Of a stretch of DNA of 64,000 nucleotides, positions 1-14,502 are shown in pieces (the first letter of the stretch is position 1; each line of letters starts with the position of its first letter). The translations under genes were made by a program, and so were the position numbers. The stretch covers positions 8,060,001 to 8,124,000 of the forward strand of contig CM022673.1 of NCBI GenBank assembly GCA_012295275.1, in the 5' to 3' direction. Below the pieces are notes generated by a model that was not told where the DNA came from, searched no databases, and saw nothing but the letters and a program-made list of their open reading frames with translations. The stretch comes from Chrysomallon squamiferum (lineage: Eukaryota; Animalia; Mollusca).

Positions 1-41
1 ATCAAGTTTCCATAGGATCACAGCTATCAGTCCCGTGCTAG
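1..41 (+). other. Candidate upstream exon end of the EF-hand gene
   Basis: Strong donor CTAG|GTAAGT at 41/42. The phase-1 frame is open (..SSFHRITAISPVL-G) and would join 11025 in frame (G|AG = Glu) across an ~11-kb intron. A possible acceptor tttccatag ends at 15. Confidence 0.35.
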
Positions 42-138
42 GTAAGTCTAACAATGTCGTTGTCGTTGACGTCACCTTGATGTTTATCATTAAAAATTCC
101 GTCGAGGTGATTATCATATTAGAGACCTTTTCTTTGTC

Positions 139-194
<56 letters not shown>

Positions 195-291
195 GTCAGG
201 TATATATAATCGTCATTACCTTGGTGATCGTAATTAAGAACATCGTTGTCAACATCGTCAGCATTCTTTCTCTCGTACTTATTAATGCTGT

Positions 292-452
292 TTTACTGAT
301 GTTGTTGTTGTAATTATTATTATTACTATTATTTGTATCATCATCATCATCATCATCATTGTCATTGTTGCTATTTTACTGATGTTGTTGTTGTAATTAT
401 TATTATCACTATTATTTGTATCATCATCATCATCATCATCATTGTCATTGTT
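292..452. repeat. ~83-bp tandem duplication built from GTT/ATT/CAT microsatellites
   Basis: TTTACTGATGTTGTTGTTGTAATTATTAT...TTTGTA(TCA)nTTGTCATTGTT is repeated twice. Confidence 0.85.
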
Positions 453-946
453 ACTGGCAAGCAGAGATCATCATCATCATCATCGCATCTATCAGTGTTA
501 CGACTTCATCATATCTGGCTTTATCATTAATCTGCATCTCCACCCACGCCATCATCTTGCAACGTTATTTTCATTACCAAAATCCATTAGAGAAGCAATT
601 TGCTAAAACAGTATTTTAATTACATCGCGTCCCTTTGCCGCCAATGTGTTCTCGTGCATTTTTCTACCGTTTGCAAAGATATTAGTAACTTCCGAGTTGT
701 ACACAAACTGTGTGTGTGTGTTTGTTTGTTTGTTTTTTAAAAAATTTTTATCCATCAGGAGCCGCAGTTGAATGTCATCCACGCGTTGTTAAGTAAACAG
801 ACCCACTTGCAATTAGTCGAAAAAAATAATGAAGTTGACGCCCATGTCTTTTCCTTCCTTCCTTCCTTTTTTTCTCGTATTTTTATTTTTATTTATTTTT
901 TTATTTTTTATTCTTTCTATTTTTTCCTCGTTGGCAATCGAATAAA

Positions 947-986
<40 letters not shown>

Positions 987-2475
987 ATGTTATGGTAATT
1001 CGTTGTAATAATTATAGCTCGAGTTATTAATAATAATGTTGCTAAACGTACGTCGTGCTGATTACAATACTATTACTGCATCGTGCGGTTACGTTGCGCG
1101 TCAGTGAATTCTACACGGGTATTAATAGCGGTATTAATAACATTATTCCTTAAAATTAATCTTTTATCTTCGTTATTATTATTATTGCTACTTATCAGCC
1201 AACACCCTAAAGTGCCTTTAATTTTTTTCTTTTTTCTTTTTCTTTTTTTTGTCATAGTCGATTTCGGGGTAAAGTACTATTGCAAAATGGTCATTTTTTT
1301 TTTTTTTTTTTTAAATCTAAACTATTATAAATCAGTATGTCGAATGTGTCTAACTATTCTTTTGTTTATTATTAAGTTTTCGTTTAATTTTTCAATTAAT
1401 TACAGAGAGAACGAAATATTCGCAAATATAATATTCATGCTGTCGGTGTTACCTTCATAAAGATAAATTATTATAATTATTTTATCATGAAAATGTTTCG
1501 TTCTAATTATACTTAATTTTTCTTATTGATTATTTTTGTTTGTTTTAATATTTTAATTTTAATTTTTTTTGTTGTTATTTTTGTTGTTGTCTTTGTTGAC
1601 AAAAACGACCATAACTTAGATGATACTACGATTTGACAGGAACTAATAAAAAGGTTAATTAATTCACCAAAAGTGATAAGACCATCTTGCCAGTGATTTG
1701 ACATGATCTAAGCTAATATCACCGTATATGTGTCTTCTCTGATATTTAACAGCTCATCTTTAAAGCAAACATCTTGGTTTTATCTCATCTATCAAAAAAA
1801 TATATATTTTATTAAATACTAATTTTGTTTGGCAAAAATAAACTAGTGCTCGTAAAAAGTAAACGATATTGGTTATTACACCTAAACTGAGATTTATTAA
1901 AGATTTTTACAGTTTATTAATATCGGGTATGGAAAATCGCAGAACTGAAAACATCAGTATCATCTATGACCGTCTTTTTAGTTAACGCGGGCATTGCATT
2001 TATATCGCAATTTCTGTGGTTAATGAGCAAACAGTTCTTGAAAGGTTATGAAAATTATTTGGTGCCTATTGTATAAACTTTAAGTATCTACTTAGAGATG
2101 TTTTGTTGAGGCGATGGGTATGGAAACACGGATGAATTTTTTTAAAACACATGGCGTGAAATTTGTGCAAGATGGACCACAATATACAGCAAAAGGCAAA
2201 ATATAATATTACAGATAGTTTTGTTACTCGCCCTTGCTAAGTGAAGAGATAACTTACTCTTAATTAACTGAAATCCTTGCCCATAACTGTAGTGAAGCTT
2301 TCCCATAACGATAACATAAATAGAACTACATAAATAGGTGTTTTAAAGTTTAATATGACTGTGGATTCATCGCTGTCCACTTAGAATCAGTATGTAACGT
2401 TTATGTCCTAGTTAATGATGTCTGTTGTGAAGAAAACGCTGGGTTTCAGCCGATGTGCTTTCTGATGATGTTTTC

Positions 2476-2552
2476 CACACTGTTTTGTATTCACCATCCA
2501 GTGGGTGCTTGAATCACACTGTTTTGTATTCACCATCCAGTGGGTGCTTGAA
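2476..2552. repeat. 39-bp period direct duplication
   Basis: CACACTGTTTTGTATTCACCATCCAGTGGGTGCTTGAA occurs twice, at 2476 and 2515. Confidence 0.9.
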
Positions 2553-5062
2553 ACAAAAACCACTGGGAGTCTTGTGTTTGGGATTTCCAGTGTAACAAGT
2601 TTCACTCACTTCTTTTTTTCTTTTTAGGCGAATTAGTAAAATGTACATAATACAGATGTGTTATCGTAATTTAATTTCACTTATTCTCTACCTTTAGTGA
2701 ACATTAAGTCAGCATTAGTAAAGAAACAAATCTTGTTACCAGCAGTTAAAGAAATATCTCTTTTTCCGTTGAAATCATGTTAAAAATGCTTCTTGAGACC
2801 ATTAAATAAAGATTATATTTCTAACATGTGTGTTAAGTTCGTTACTGATCAAAAGTCACAAGGTAAAGTGATTATTCTAGAAATGTTTGCTCCGCAGCAA
2901 TTACATTTATTTCTGGACATTATCTTGGGAAAGGTCAACTTCTTGTAATTCCTAAATAACTGCTTAGTTTTTGTGAAAGAATATCAGCACTACCATCAGG
3001 CTTTGGATCTAGAAATAAACAATACTATTACTCAGTGACGTATCTGAATTAATATCATATGGAAATGCGACATTCAAGAAGTGATATGAGATTTTGAATT
3101 TTGGGACGTCTGGGTACCATAAGTATAGCGGACATAACAGTCAAGAAATAATGAATTTATTTACAAAGAAAATTTATTTATGTAGACGGTAAAATCTAGA
3201 GAGTGGGAGTTCGTTTCGTCTAGATCTGGATTCCAGTGCTTTGTGTTGAGCTATCTGTGTAAATAACAAGAAAAGACATAGCTGGAGGGAACGACACTTT
3301 TATTGTATAGTTCATTAGTACTAACAAGAAAGCTTTGATCTGATTAAAAGGATTTCGGACTTATATTCTTGGACAGAAATATCTTGCGGTCAAGCGTCCA
3401 GTTCGGGCTACATCGTAAATAAGTCTGGAAAAGATAAGAGCGCAGCAATTTGAAAGAAAATTGTGGTATCGTAACAGTTCCGCAAGATTTGTGAAATAAT
3501 ATTGGTATTTACTGGAAATATAATTTCGGTGTACACTGCCTTTTAAAATGAAGTGTCTTGTATTAACTGGTTCCATCTGGAATAGACAGTCATATAGCTG
3601 CTGACCAATCGTTAATCAAACATACTGAAATTTCCTTCCTGAAACAGATTCAATAGTTAAATGAAGTCAACAAAATATATATTTCATTCACAAAATTCAC
3701 TTTCCCGTAGCTATTTATATGCAACTGTTTCCTTTACTACTGGCAATTCTTTATATATTTATTATAGGTTCATTTGTTGTTGGTTTCGTTTATTTTTAAT
3801 TTAATATTCCAGTGTGAGGATGGTGATAGTAGGTAGCACTGTTTGTTGCAGTTTTGGAATGGTATTTTACCAACAGCACTGAAATCGTTATTGCGTGCGT
3901 ATTCTACACAGTAGTTTTAGAATCAGGATCAATATTACAATTAGTACTAATTGTATTAGAGTAGCATAGTATGAGTAGTAGTAGTAGTAGTGGTAGTGGT
4001 AGTGGTTGTAGTAGTAGTAGTAGTAGTAGTAGTAATAGTAGTAGTAGTAGTAGTTATTCTTTAAACAGAAAATACTGCATAGTATGTTATGAAACAAAAT
4101 GTATATAATATTTCTACGTGCAATGAAAGGCAGATATTTTATATTAGCAAACTTTATTAACTTGCTGAGATTTTTCGCCTAAGGCATCAAAGTGGAAGTA
4201 TGTAAAATGTTATTTAGACTGTTTCTTTGTATCGCCAAGGGTATGCCAGAAAAAACAAGTCACACTTTTCTCTTTCACATCACGTAGAATTACACGTATT
4301 CAGTGATTAAATAATTATTTCACATGCAAGGAAGAGTCGAGAAAAAGTTCAGAGTAAAAGATCGAACAAAGAAAGAAAGAGAGCGAGATAGAAAAAATAA
4401 ATAGAGAAAAGAAAGAAAAAGTGAGAAAGAAAAAAAACCTACAAAAGATTAAAGGCATTTCACTGATAAATAAATTGTTTCTGTCTTATCATCATCTCTG
4501 AGTTGTTGACAACAACTTGAAAGGTTAAATTTTCAAAGATTTTTCTCGCGGCAGGCCTTGTTTAACAACCAAAGCTAACGAGTAACATTTTAAGTAGAAT
4601 AAAATTGTGAAGCGTAAAATATTTTTTTTTTGTTTATGATATAAGTCTGAAAAAAAAAAAAAAAGACATCGGAATCAGTGAAAACTAAAAAGCAAAAAAG
4701 TTCATTTTTATTCACTTTCACAAATCGATGACAAAAAAAAAAAAAAACTTAATACAGTCTTCGTGGGACTGTCGCCGAAACGGGACAACAACAACAACAA
4801 CAACAACAACAATAATAATAAAGGAAAAGAGTATATTCTATTTTGTGATTGTTAGATTCTTCACCAAACAAAACATAAATACTTCAAATTCAAATATCTG
4901 CACACATGGATAAAGCCTTCTTCACATGCTGATATAAAATTATTTGAGAATATAATTTCTGTCTGAGACGAACGTATATTAGTTTAAGGGTCAAACATAA
5001 ATTACGTTTCTTGACCATATTATCATTTAAACGACAGTCAAAGAAAGAACGAGTAAGTAGAT

Positions 5063-5159
<97 letters not shown>

Positions 5160-6283
5160 CAAAACCTTATTTAATAAGTTTGTTTTGGACGTATAATGCA
5201 GCAGCCTGTCTTAAAGACAAACAGTAATGAAGAGTCTGAGCTTGGATAGTGTTTGTCTATAGATCTGTATATCGTTAAACTGGTGTGCATTCACTTGTCG
5301 TATGTTGTGCTATATTTAACTTGAAAGCGTTGCGCTTCCGTGTTTTTGTATATTTACAAAAATAACCACTTAACAAAAGTCTATTTTTTGCACCGCCTTT
5401 AGCGAAGGGACAAAACATCTCCGATCAAACAAATATGGAAGATAACTTTGATCTATGGATGAGCTGTCCCGATAGCAAATGATGGTTTTACATGCATACT
5501 TGAGATAAACAGATAGAACTACAAGTATTAAAGTAAAAAAAAAAAAAAAAAAAAAAAATATATATATATAAACTGAAGAAAAGATACTTACAAGTAAAAT
5601 AATAAATTATAGTTTATGAATGAGAAAAAAAGAACGATTTTTGATACTTCGAATTAAATATTACACAATACATGCATTCATTATTATTATTATTATTATT
5701 GTAGTAGTAGTAGTTGTAGTAGTAGTAATAGCAGCAGCAGTAGTAGTAATAATAGTAAAATGGTTTTAGTTGACGTAACTATTGAAGGTATTTGGTTAAT
5801 ATATTTCAATATTTTTTGTAGTATAGCACTAATACTGGCAATAAAAGTTGTAGTAATAGCAGTTGTAGTAGTAGTAGTGGTGGTGGTTTTAGCAATAGTT
5901 GTAATAGCAGCAGCGTAGAATTAACAGCGGTATCAGTGGTAGTAGTAATAGTAGTAGCAACAGTAGTTGGAGAAGTAGTAATGGTAGCAGAAGTGCTAGT
6001 AGCAACAGTAATATAAGCTGTTGTTTGTGTTTGTGTTGCTGTTGCAGTAGCAGTAATTACTGTTTTACGACATGAATTTAATATTATTTGACCTTAGTAT
6101 TAGTCACTAGTCATCGTTATAAATAGATTCCACCGTTTCCACGTTAATTCGGATTGGCAGATTTAATTGCTTTCCACGATATCGGATAATTTGTCATTGT
6201 AACACACCACAATTACAGCGTGTGTGACCTGACCCAGATGTAGTGTCGCCGTTGTCGACGTTAAAAATATTTAAAAAAAAGAA

Positions 6284-6318
<35 letters not shown>

Positions 6319-6416
6319 ATAATTTGAAAAGTAATTGACATGGAACGGCTTCTGTTATTTTCACTCGGGGCTTTTCGTAAAATATATGAGTCAGCTAAAA
6401 TTATAAATAGGAACAG

Positions 6417-6472
<56 letters not shown>

Positions 6473-8152
6473 CATTATTATTGTTAATAAGGATAATATT
6501 GGCGATACTACTATAACAGTGATAAATATTTTATCATCAGTGGTTTATGGCATTGAAATCAGATCCATGAACGACTTGTACAGTGAGTTTGCGAGGATCT
6601 AGAATCCTAATGTCAACGTAGATCTCCTTTATTTTTCGAGTCTCTCCGAGTATCTCCGAGACAACACTTCGCAATTCTTCGGAAAACAGAGAATGTCGCC
6701 CAAGTACCTCTGCAGTGATTAACCTTTCCAGATATCTGTGACAGTGAGAGTAGTTTTGAAAAATTCAAAAACAGGAAGACTCAAAATTATGTTAGTGCAA
6801 TAACTCTTTGAACTTTACGGAGAGCTTTTGTTATACCACATAAACTATGTATAGCGGTAACTTTCAGTGTACGTAATGAAATTGGATCTAAGCACGAAAC
6901 GCCATATTTTACAACGCTTCCAGAATTAGCTTTTATTTGCGCAGATATTAAGAGTTATTTCTGTTTAGTACCTGACTTTGTTATTTAAGTTATGTTGATA
7001 AAATACCAAGAATAAGTGGAAATCAAAATTAGATAATGCCGACATGCTGCTGAAATCTACATATCACCTGCACGCCAAGACATGTCGTCTGGTACCGCAT
7101 GCGTCTGACATGCTTGTGTCTAGTCAGTGTTAATAATCTAATTAAAGAACAAGGAGAAATATGTTTCAAGGAGGAAATGTTTCTGCTTTTATTTGCCTTG
7201 TGCTCGCCGCTAAATAAAAACAAAATAGAGAAACAAAATATATTTATCTGAACCTCAAGTGTTTTTCTTTTGGGGTTCTTGTTGTTCTTATTATTGCTAA
7301 CTTTTTTTTTTTTTTTATATATATATATATTAAATTTTGTAATTGTTTTAGCATTTAACAACATGTAATACAAATCAATTCGCAATCTAATAATAACGTA
7401 ATTACCCATCCTTTCAATTAATTATTGCTTATAATAATTATAATTATGATTTTAATAAATGGATGTCACGTTTCTTCTGCATGCTGGCTTCCTCATCTCT
7501 GTGGACTCCGTCTGCTTGCAAAAAAAAAAAAAAAAAACCCTGTAAATTACTGCTCCCTAATGATGTAACTTCCTCCACTAAAACGTGTCTTCGGCATCCT
7601 ACGATATACCGTGATCGCACCAGAAGACAGTAATTTGCCTTAATCAAAAGACCTTCAGGAAAAAAGATCGTCACAAGTTTTAATTGTCAGATTTCAAAGC
7701 ATTTCAAATCAGTCGAGACGTTTTGATGAAGTTCTAAGAGGCGTAGTATGATTTTATGGAAGGAAATCATTAACATATAATTATTAGTATATTTGCTTGA
7801 TTATAAATAAATAAACTAATTAATTAATAAATATATATTGATACGTAGTTATACTAATACCTTTATATATATATATATATACCTTTCTGCTTTTTTTTTT
7901 TTTTTTAAATTTGATTATAACCTAAAAATAGAGACACGCAACCAAACACTACTATGGTTTCTTTAAAGGATCATAAAGATGACAGTGTTTTCGCAAGTGG
8001 CTGCTTAGAGTAATAACTATTCACCGTGCACTAAAGTCATGGTCAAAACAATGCCCACGTTAGCCTGACCTCGCTAACCATAATGAACAGACGATTCTAA
8101 TATTTCACCTTATTTGACATTACGTCCGTAAGACGCATGCACTAACGTACGC

Positions 8153-8154
<2 letters not shown>

Positions 8155-8247
<93 letters not shown>
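8155..8247. repeat. (GA)n microsatellite (representative)
   Basis: Pure AG run. Similar tracts lie at ~5095-5157, 8662-8730, 8863-8935, 11374-11478, 48681-48787 (TC) and 54849-54930. Confidence 0.95.
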
Positions 8248-8249
<2 letters not shown>

Positions 8250-8658
8250 TTTAAATTTTGCCCATTAGTGGCAGGCTAGAGGTAAATTGTGCTTCAATTA
8301 AACTGAAATACTTCTCAGATAGTAACAATTACCGTCTCGTTATAGACGGAACTGCTAAATTTAGACTAATGCAGCTATTCATTTGGAGCACTATCTTGCC
8401 AAAGACATCACACAGGAAAAAAAAGGTTCGCGTGAGATTGCAGTGTTATTCCGACAACACAGAGATTACAGAATTCGTTAATTCGCAATAGATACGTCAG
8501 TTAAAGGAGAGCAAATCCGAACAGGACATGTTAACTCTAAAAGTAATTTGCTGCACTCTGCGGGGTTTGATTACATCGCAACGACATAATAGAAAACAGA
8601 TTTGTTCAAGCAGTTATTGCATGTAACTAGTCTTACAGTTTGAAGGGAGGGTCGCATT

Positions 8659-8732
<74 letters not shown>

Positions 8733-8859
8733 TGGGCATGGGCTGGTAAGGAAAGATGAAGAAATTCTTATAATTAACAAGTTTCATTGTTACATTTGTA
8801 TCTTTTTATCTAACTCTCTTCCTAGAATGTAAAAGAAAACGTACTAAAAAGAGTACGTA

Positions 8860-8930
<71 letters not shown>

Positions 8931-10298
8931 GAGAGGATTTTAAAAAATAATCATTTTTGTACTTTTCTTTTCATCTTCTATTAGATCTTTTTTAACGCAC
9001 ATTTTGTTTTAAATTCCACCATGACAAAAATTACGATCACATTTCAAAATTAAACAATACAGATGAAGTCAAATTATAAATGCCTTTTAAATATGTCTGT
9101 CTGTTTCTACGTGAATGTCAACCGGGAATTACTGAAACTTATTTTTTTTTAAACTCTCAATTTGAATGAAAGAAACGAAAGTTAATAAATACGAAAGAAA
9201 GAAAAGGTAATCTCCCCTGTGCACGAATCATCTGTTTCTAAATATAGCACAGATTTTGAGAATTCACAACGTTATTGTCACCTCTTATTAAACAGACTGC
9301 AGACGTAATCGTGTTTTCGTGTCATTTGAAAGAAGAAAAATAAAATGCGTGGGACACGGCAATTAAATTAAGACTTTTCTTATTTGCATTTCAAGCCCAG
9401 CCTTCGTACAGTGCCGACAATTAAATTTGTCCCACTTGAACGGTGCGCTTAAAATACGTTCCTTTTTGTTGGAAATCACTGATTTCGTTTGCTGCATTGA
9501 GGCTCTTCACGGGCGGTCATTGAAACGAACCGATGCGTTTTCTGTTTAGACAAGTTTTGAAATGATGGTTCTTCATTAAATTTTGTGTGGAATGTTTGCA
9601 GAACAGTGTAGCCTGAGGTGAGATAAATTGTTAAGCCAGTGACCCTCACTTCATCACTTCTTAGTACACTTTTTTCAAGAAACGGAGACACGGGAATGAG
9701 GTGAAAGCGGGGTTAGGCGAAAACGTCGAGAAAAGATGTAAATAAAATAAAAAATTAATAATAATAATAATCTAACAAACCGAAGATTATCTTTTATGAG
9801 TTTGTAGGTCAGTTCTTACACTAACCTCGTGAGAAAAGCTGAAACTTATCTATCTATACCCCCTGTAGATTTGGTTCGCGGGGGCGTGTTAAAGACCTAA
9901 GCATGTTAAACATCGATCAGGTAATATGATTAGAATGCTGCACTTTTTTTCTTCTGGTCGGTTCTTTAGGGATCCACCTAATCTTTGCCTGGAGTCCTGA
10001 GAGGGTTCATTAGCTCGGTAATTGTGGCCAGTGTCCGTGTTTGGTCATCAGCTGGCCTTTCGGTCCTGGAATAGCGCCAGTAATTAAAGTGACAAGAGAG
10101 TTTTATTCACTGTTAATGTTCCGATGACCAGTGGTTACGGATAACACGTGATATTAGCCATGCCATCGACTGATACCTGAATAATAATAATATAAGTATA
10201 TTCTTCAGTTTAGTGAAAAGAAAATTCATTAGCAAATTAATTATATACTATTAATTTGTTTTCTAGCTAAGAAATACCTGAGACGGCAAGGACAAAAT

Positions 10299-10345
<47 letters not shown>

Positions 10346-10903
10346 CAACAAGAAAAAACTGGGAGATAAAAAAAGATATATATTAAATTAAAAAATATAA
10401 AAAATAACAAACATAAACAAAACAAAAGTGTTGTCACATATAGTTTGAAACAAGTCAAAAAATAATAATAATAATGTCTTTTCCTGAGCAGAAGACAGAA
10501 TAAAGAAACTGCAGTAAAAAAAAATATTCAAGTCTCCGAAAACAAAATGATCTGAATTCAAGCACAGGAAGTATAATTTTAAAAAGAACATCTTTGATAA
10601 AACCAGTTTTCCGTTTGATGTCATTTTCAAGTGACCCTTATGAAAGACATGAAACAGATGATAATTGTCACTGAATGCAGACTAATTTAAAATAATTCCT
10701 TAAATGATCAACAAAATAGACCTCATTAGGTTTTAGTATCCATTATAATTACTACTAATTCGATCCAGTTTAACAACAGACACACACACACACAAAAATG
10801 AAAATGTTATTAAGAAAATGAACAATCAGAGATGATTTCAGCTTTGCGAAGATACACAGAGAAAGTTTTTGTAAAAAAACACGCATGCAGACTTGTAATC
10901 GTT

Positions 10904-10955
<52 letters not shown>

Positions 10956-11024
10956 GCTATACATTAATACGAGTACGTCTACATAATTTAAACTAAATGA
11001 TTATTATTATTATTATTATTTCAG

Positions 11025-11368
11025 AGCCAAAAACACGACCGACTGTCAAAAGGTACGACCGAGCGTTTTCAACCTTCACTCGATTCATGGCGCGTCAAAG
11101 TCCGAAGCACAGAAGTGATCAGGCTTTCGTTGAAAAGATGTTTAGATTGTTTGACATGGATGGTAAGATATAGTTCTCTATTATTATTATTATTATTATT
11201 ATTATTATGATTATTTGTTGTTGTACATACATAAAACATACCCACCTACCTAGATACCTACATACATATAGAGACACATACTACATGCATATGTACGCAT
11301 ACATACATACATATACATATACATATTTACAAAATACATATATCCACCTACATTTATTGTCATATACT

Positions 11369-11406
<38 letters not shown>

Positions 11407-11409
11407 AGG

Positions 11410-11478
<69 letters not shown>

Positions 11479-11621
11479 ATCACTTAAATAAATTGACCAT
11501 AAATGTTCCAAACTGACAATTTATACTTTTTGATTACATTTCAGCTGATGACGTCATAGAACGAGATGAATTTCAGGCAATTTTGGGACTGTTAGGAATC
11601 ATAAATCATTCGTTTTATTAA
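11025..11621 (+). CDS. Small EF-hand calcium-binding protein, 3' two exons (5' partial)
   Basis: Exon 11025-11162 (tttcag|...G|gtaag, phase 1 at both ends) joins exon 11545-11621 (tttcag|CT...TAA). The product is PKTRPTVKRYDRAFSTFTRFMARQSPKHRSDQAFVEKMFRLFDMDADDVIERDEFQAILGLLGIINHSFY*. FRLF-DMDADDVIERDE-F is an EF-hand helix-loop-helix (D1, D3, D5, I8, E12) that exists only after splicing. No start codon was assigned. Confidence 0.75.
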
Positions 11622-11966
11622 TCACTTCCAAATTGGACTTCATAAATGCTTCCCAAAAACCGAAAGAACGACTCTGCTGACTGGATGGTAGAGACCAACA
11701 GCAGTGAAGAAATACAAAATATGAAATGCGATCCGGCACGCGGCGCCAATAAAATCTCAACGGAATTGTGCTTGATGCTGAAAACGGTAGATCATCCATC
11801 GGCTGCACAGCTAGTCTGTTGGCTCCTTCGGCATGTTGAACTTGCACATCGTGATACTAACTCATACATTTACATCCTCCATACAGGAACTATGCTTTTG
11901 TCACTTTCGATTCAGTTTTCAAAGCTAGATCATAACGTCCTGTTTGATTCAAACTGAATGCTTTGC

Positions 11967-12248
11967 CAGAACTGTTATATGACGTTGCGGTCTACTTCAG
12001 AACTGTTACTTGACGTTACGGTCTACTTCAGAACTGTAATTTGACGTTACGTTCTACTTCAGAACTGTTACTCGACGTTGTGGTCTACTTCAGAACTGTT
12101 ATTTGACGTTGCGGTCTACTTCAGAACTGTTATTTGACGTTGCGGTCTACTTCAGAACTATTATTCGACGTTGCGGTCTACTTCAGAACTGCTACTCGAC
12201 GTTGCGGTCTACTTCAGAACTGTTATTTGACGTTACGGTCTACTTCAG
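11967..12248. repeat. 31-bp minisatellite, 9 copies
   Basis: Head-to-tail units of consensus CAGAACTGTTATTTGACGTTGCGGTCTACTT with scattered substitutions and no spacers. Confidence 0.95.
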
Positions 12249-14469
12249 CGATCACCGAGAACGTTTTCCAAGTTCAGTGCCTGAACCCGTTAATATCAGT
12301 ATGACGTAAGGAATAGCAGACGCGATGGACGCAGTTGAAGACTTAAATGTACATACGTCTAATGCAAATCGAAAACGCAGGCTGTTTTTAACAGGATAAA
12401 TAAACCTATTGATAAAATACTGAAATGATAATATTTTAAGGCTGCAGCGAGTAAATGAATATAACAATTATGGCAATGAGAATAAATAAATAAATAAATA
12501 AATAAACAAATATGTTCTTGTAGCACATCCAGTTTTCAATTTTCCTCTGGTTATTTCTATTACAAGAAGTATTAAACGTATGCCTAATGTTTTGTACCTT
12601 CGCCAAATCTAAATAATTATAATAATTATAATAGAGATATGTGTCTCTATCTGTCTGTCTGTCTGTCTCTTTCTTTTTTACACACATGCACACACACACC
12701 ATCATCATTCGTAAATACACCCCGAAATAAGTTAAATCAATCAATCAATCAAATCAAATCAAATTAAGGAATACCCTCCTCCCCCAGGAAATTTGGAAGC
12801 ATAGCAACTAAAAAGTTTTTATGATTTTTTTAGTGTCATGTTACATACATGAACGATTTTCTTTTCTTTTCTGTTCTTTGTTTTAGAACGTTGGTTAACA
12901 TACACAATATCATGCATTATGCTTTTAGTAGTATTCACGACTAAACATTCAATATTAAGAATAATATACTTATTCACGATATCTGGAAAAAAACATGGCG
13001 GTACTACGACAGTCGATTAGTAATAATAATAATAATAATTCTGGAGATATAATTTAAAAACAAATAATAAAGAAAAAAATATTAGTGATATTTAAAAAAA
13101 AAAAAAAAAAAAAAAATGTTTTACTAGTTTTACTACTACTACCACTACTACTTCTACTTATAATAATAAAAAAATATATATTTTGACGTCATATGTACAG
13201 TGACGTAGTAATAAGTGTATTACGTCATACATATCGTGATATATTTCAAAGCAGAATCTTTTCGACTTCTTTTGTGTTTGTGCAATTTTACATATCGTTA
13301 TGACTTAATAAATATATGAAAATACAACACTGTGTTATGTTTCAATTAATAATTGTTTTCGATGCTTCGTAATCAGCTGAAATCAATGCATTTTCTTCCT
13401 TTGCACGTCCTGACAACAAAATTTCCTTTCAAGGTTTGTTCTCGTTATTTGGGTAATAATATTTAGTGAAGATTTGTTTTTCTTCTTCTTCTTCTTTTTT
13501 TTTTTTTTTTTTTGCAATTAAATATTTCAAGCATAAAGTATAATTTTTTCTTAATTAATTTTAAATGATTAATATTTATTTAGTTAAAATTTAAATTATA
13601 TGATTATTTTGTAGTTCAAATCAGCAGAAAATTCTCCTCGGAGAATATTAGATTCGTTATTTAATAAATTTTTTTATTTTTTAAAGTCAGAATTCTAAAA
13701 CAGTTAAATGACAACGATCATTAGACTCCGTGCTTAATTGCCAACTATCATGTGATCATTTCAAAATCAAAGAAGAAAAAAAAAAAAAAAAAGATAAATT
13801 AATAATAATAATAATAAATAAATAAATAAATAAATAAATACCATGAGTAAACTAAATAGGAAATAATACCATAGTGTATGAATAATAACGTCATAGTTAC
13901 CTAGAAACGACGTTATTATCTTATTACGTCTTTGCGTTGTAATCTTCGGAAGTTTTTCCACGCTCAGATTTACATGTATAATAGCTGTTGTTCCATTTAT
14001 TCGTCTTCCATAAACGTGAAAAAAATCCAGAAAACCAGATTTAATTATTATTATTATTATTATTATTTAACTGGCTTCTTTGGAATTAGGCATCTTTTGT
14101 TTCAGTTTTCGTGAGAATCTTGCTTTACACAGTTATACACCACAGTAAGTTGTTATTTATTTCAGTTTACTCTCATTTTCATTTCTTATCATATCCATCT
14201 GAGCCGCAGCTTGTTCGTAAAATAGATGTTTGTGAAATTTATTTATTTACTTACTTCCCTTTTTTCTTTATTTCTTGAAACAATATCGTGTTTCCAGTAC
14301 TTTTGTTTAATATATTATTCTTTTTGTATCAAAAACCAACAACTCAGTCTTTTCGAGATATTTGATATTAAATATATATATATTAAAAATAATAATCACG
14401 AATGTCTCCAAAACATTAAATAAATTTCAGGTTTCTTTATTTTATTGAACTATATACAACATACATATT

Positions 14470-14502
<33 letters not shown>

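Noticed and set aside
2440-2560. Hammerhead ribozyme (CTGATGA ... GAAAC)
   Set aside because: The core motifs are ~80 nt apart, and I could not build stems I-III around them.
2870-3600. Complex, coding-like stretch (possible decayed gene or transposon)
   Set aside because: No long frame or recognisable motif in the frames I read; a translated database search would be needed.
11646-11957. 103-aa + strand ORF after the EF-hand gene
   Set aside because: No recognisable domain; it most likely lies in the 3'UTR.
11967-12248. CRISPR-like array
   Set aside because: The units are contiguous with no unique spacers, there are no cas genes, and the context is eukaryotic; it is a minisatellite.
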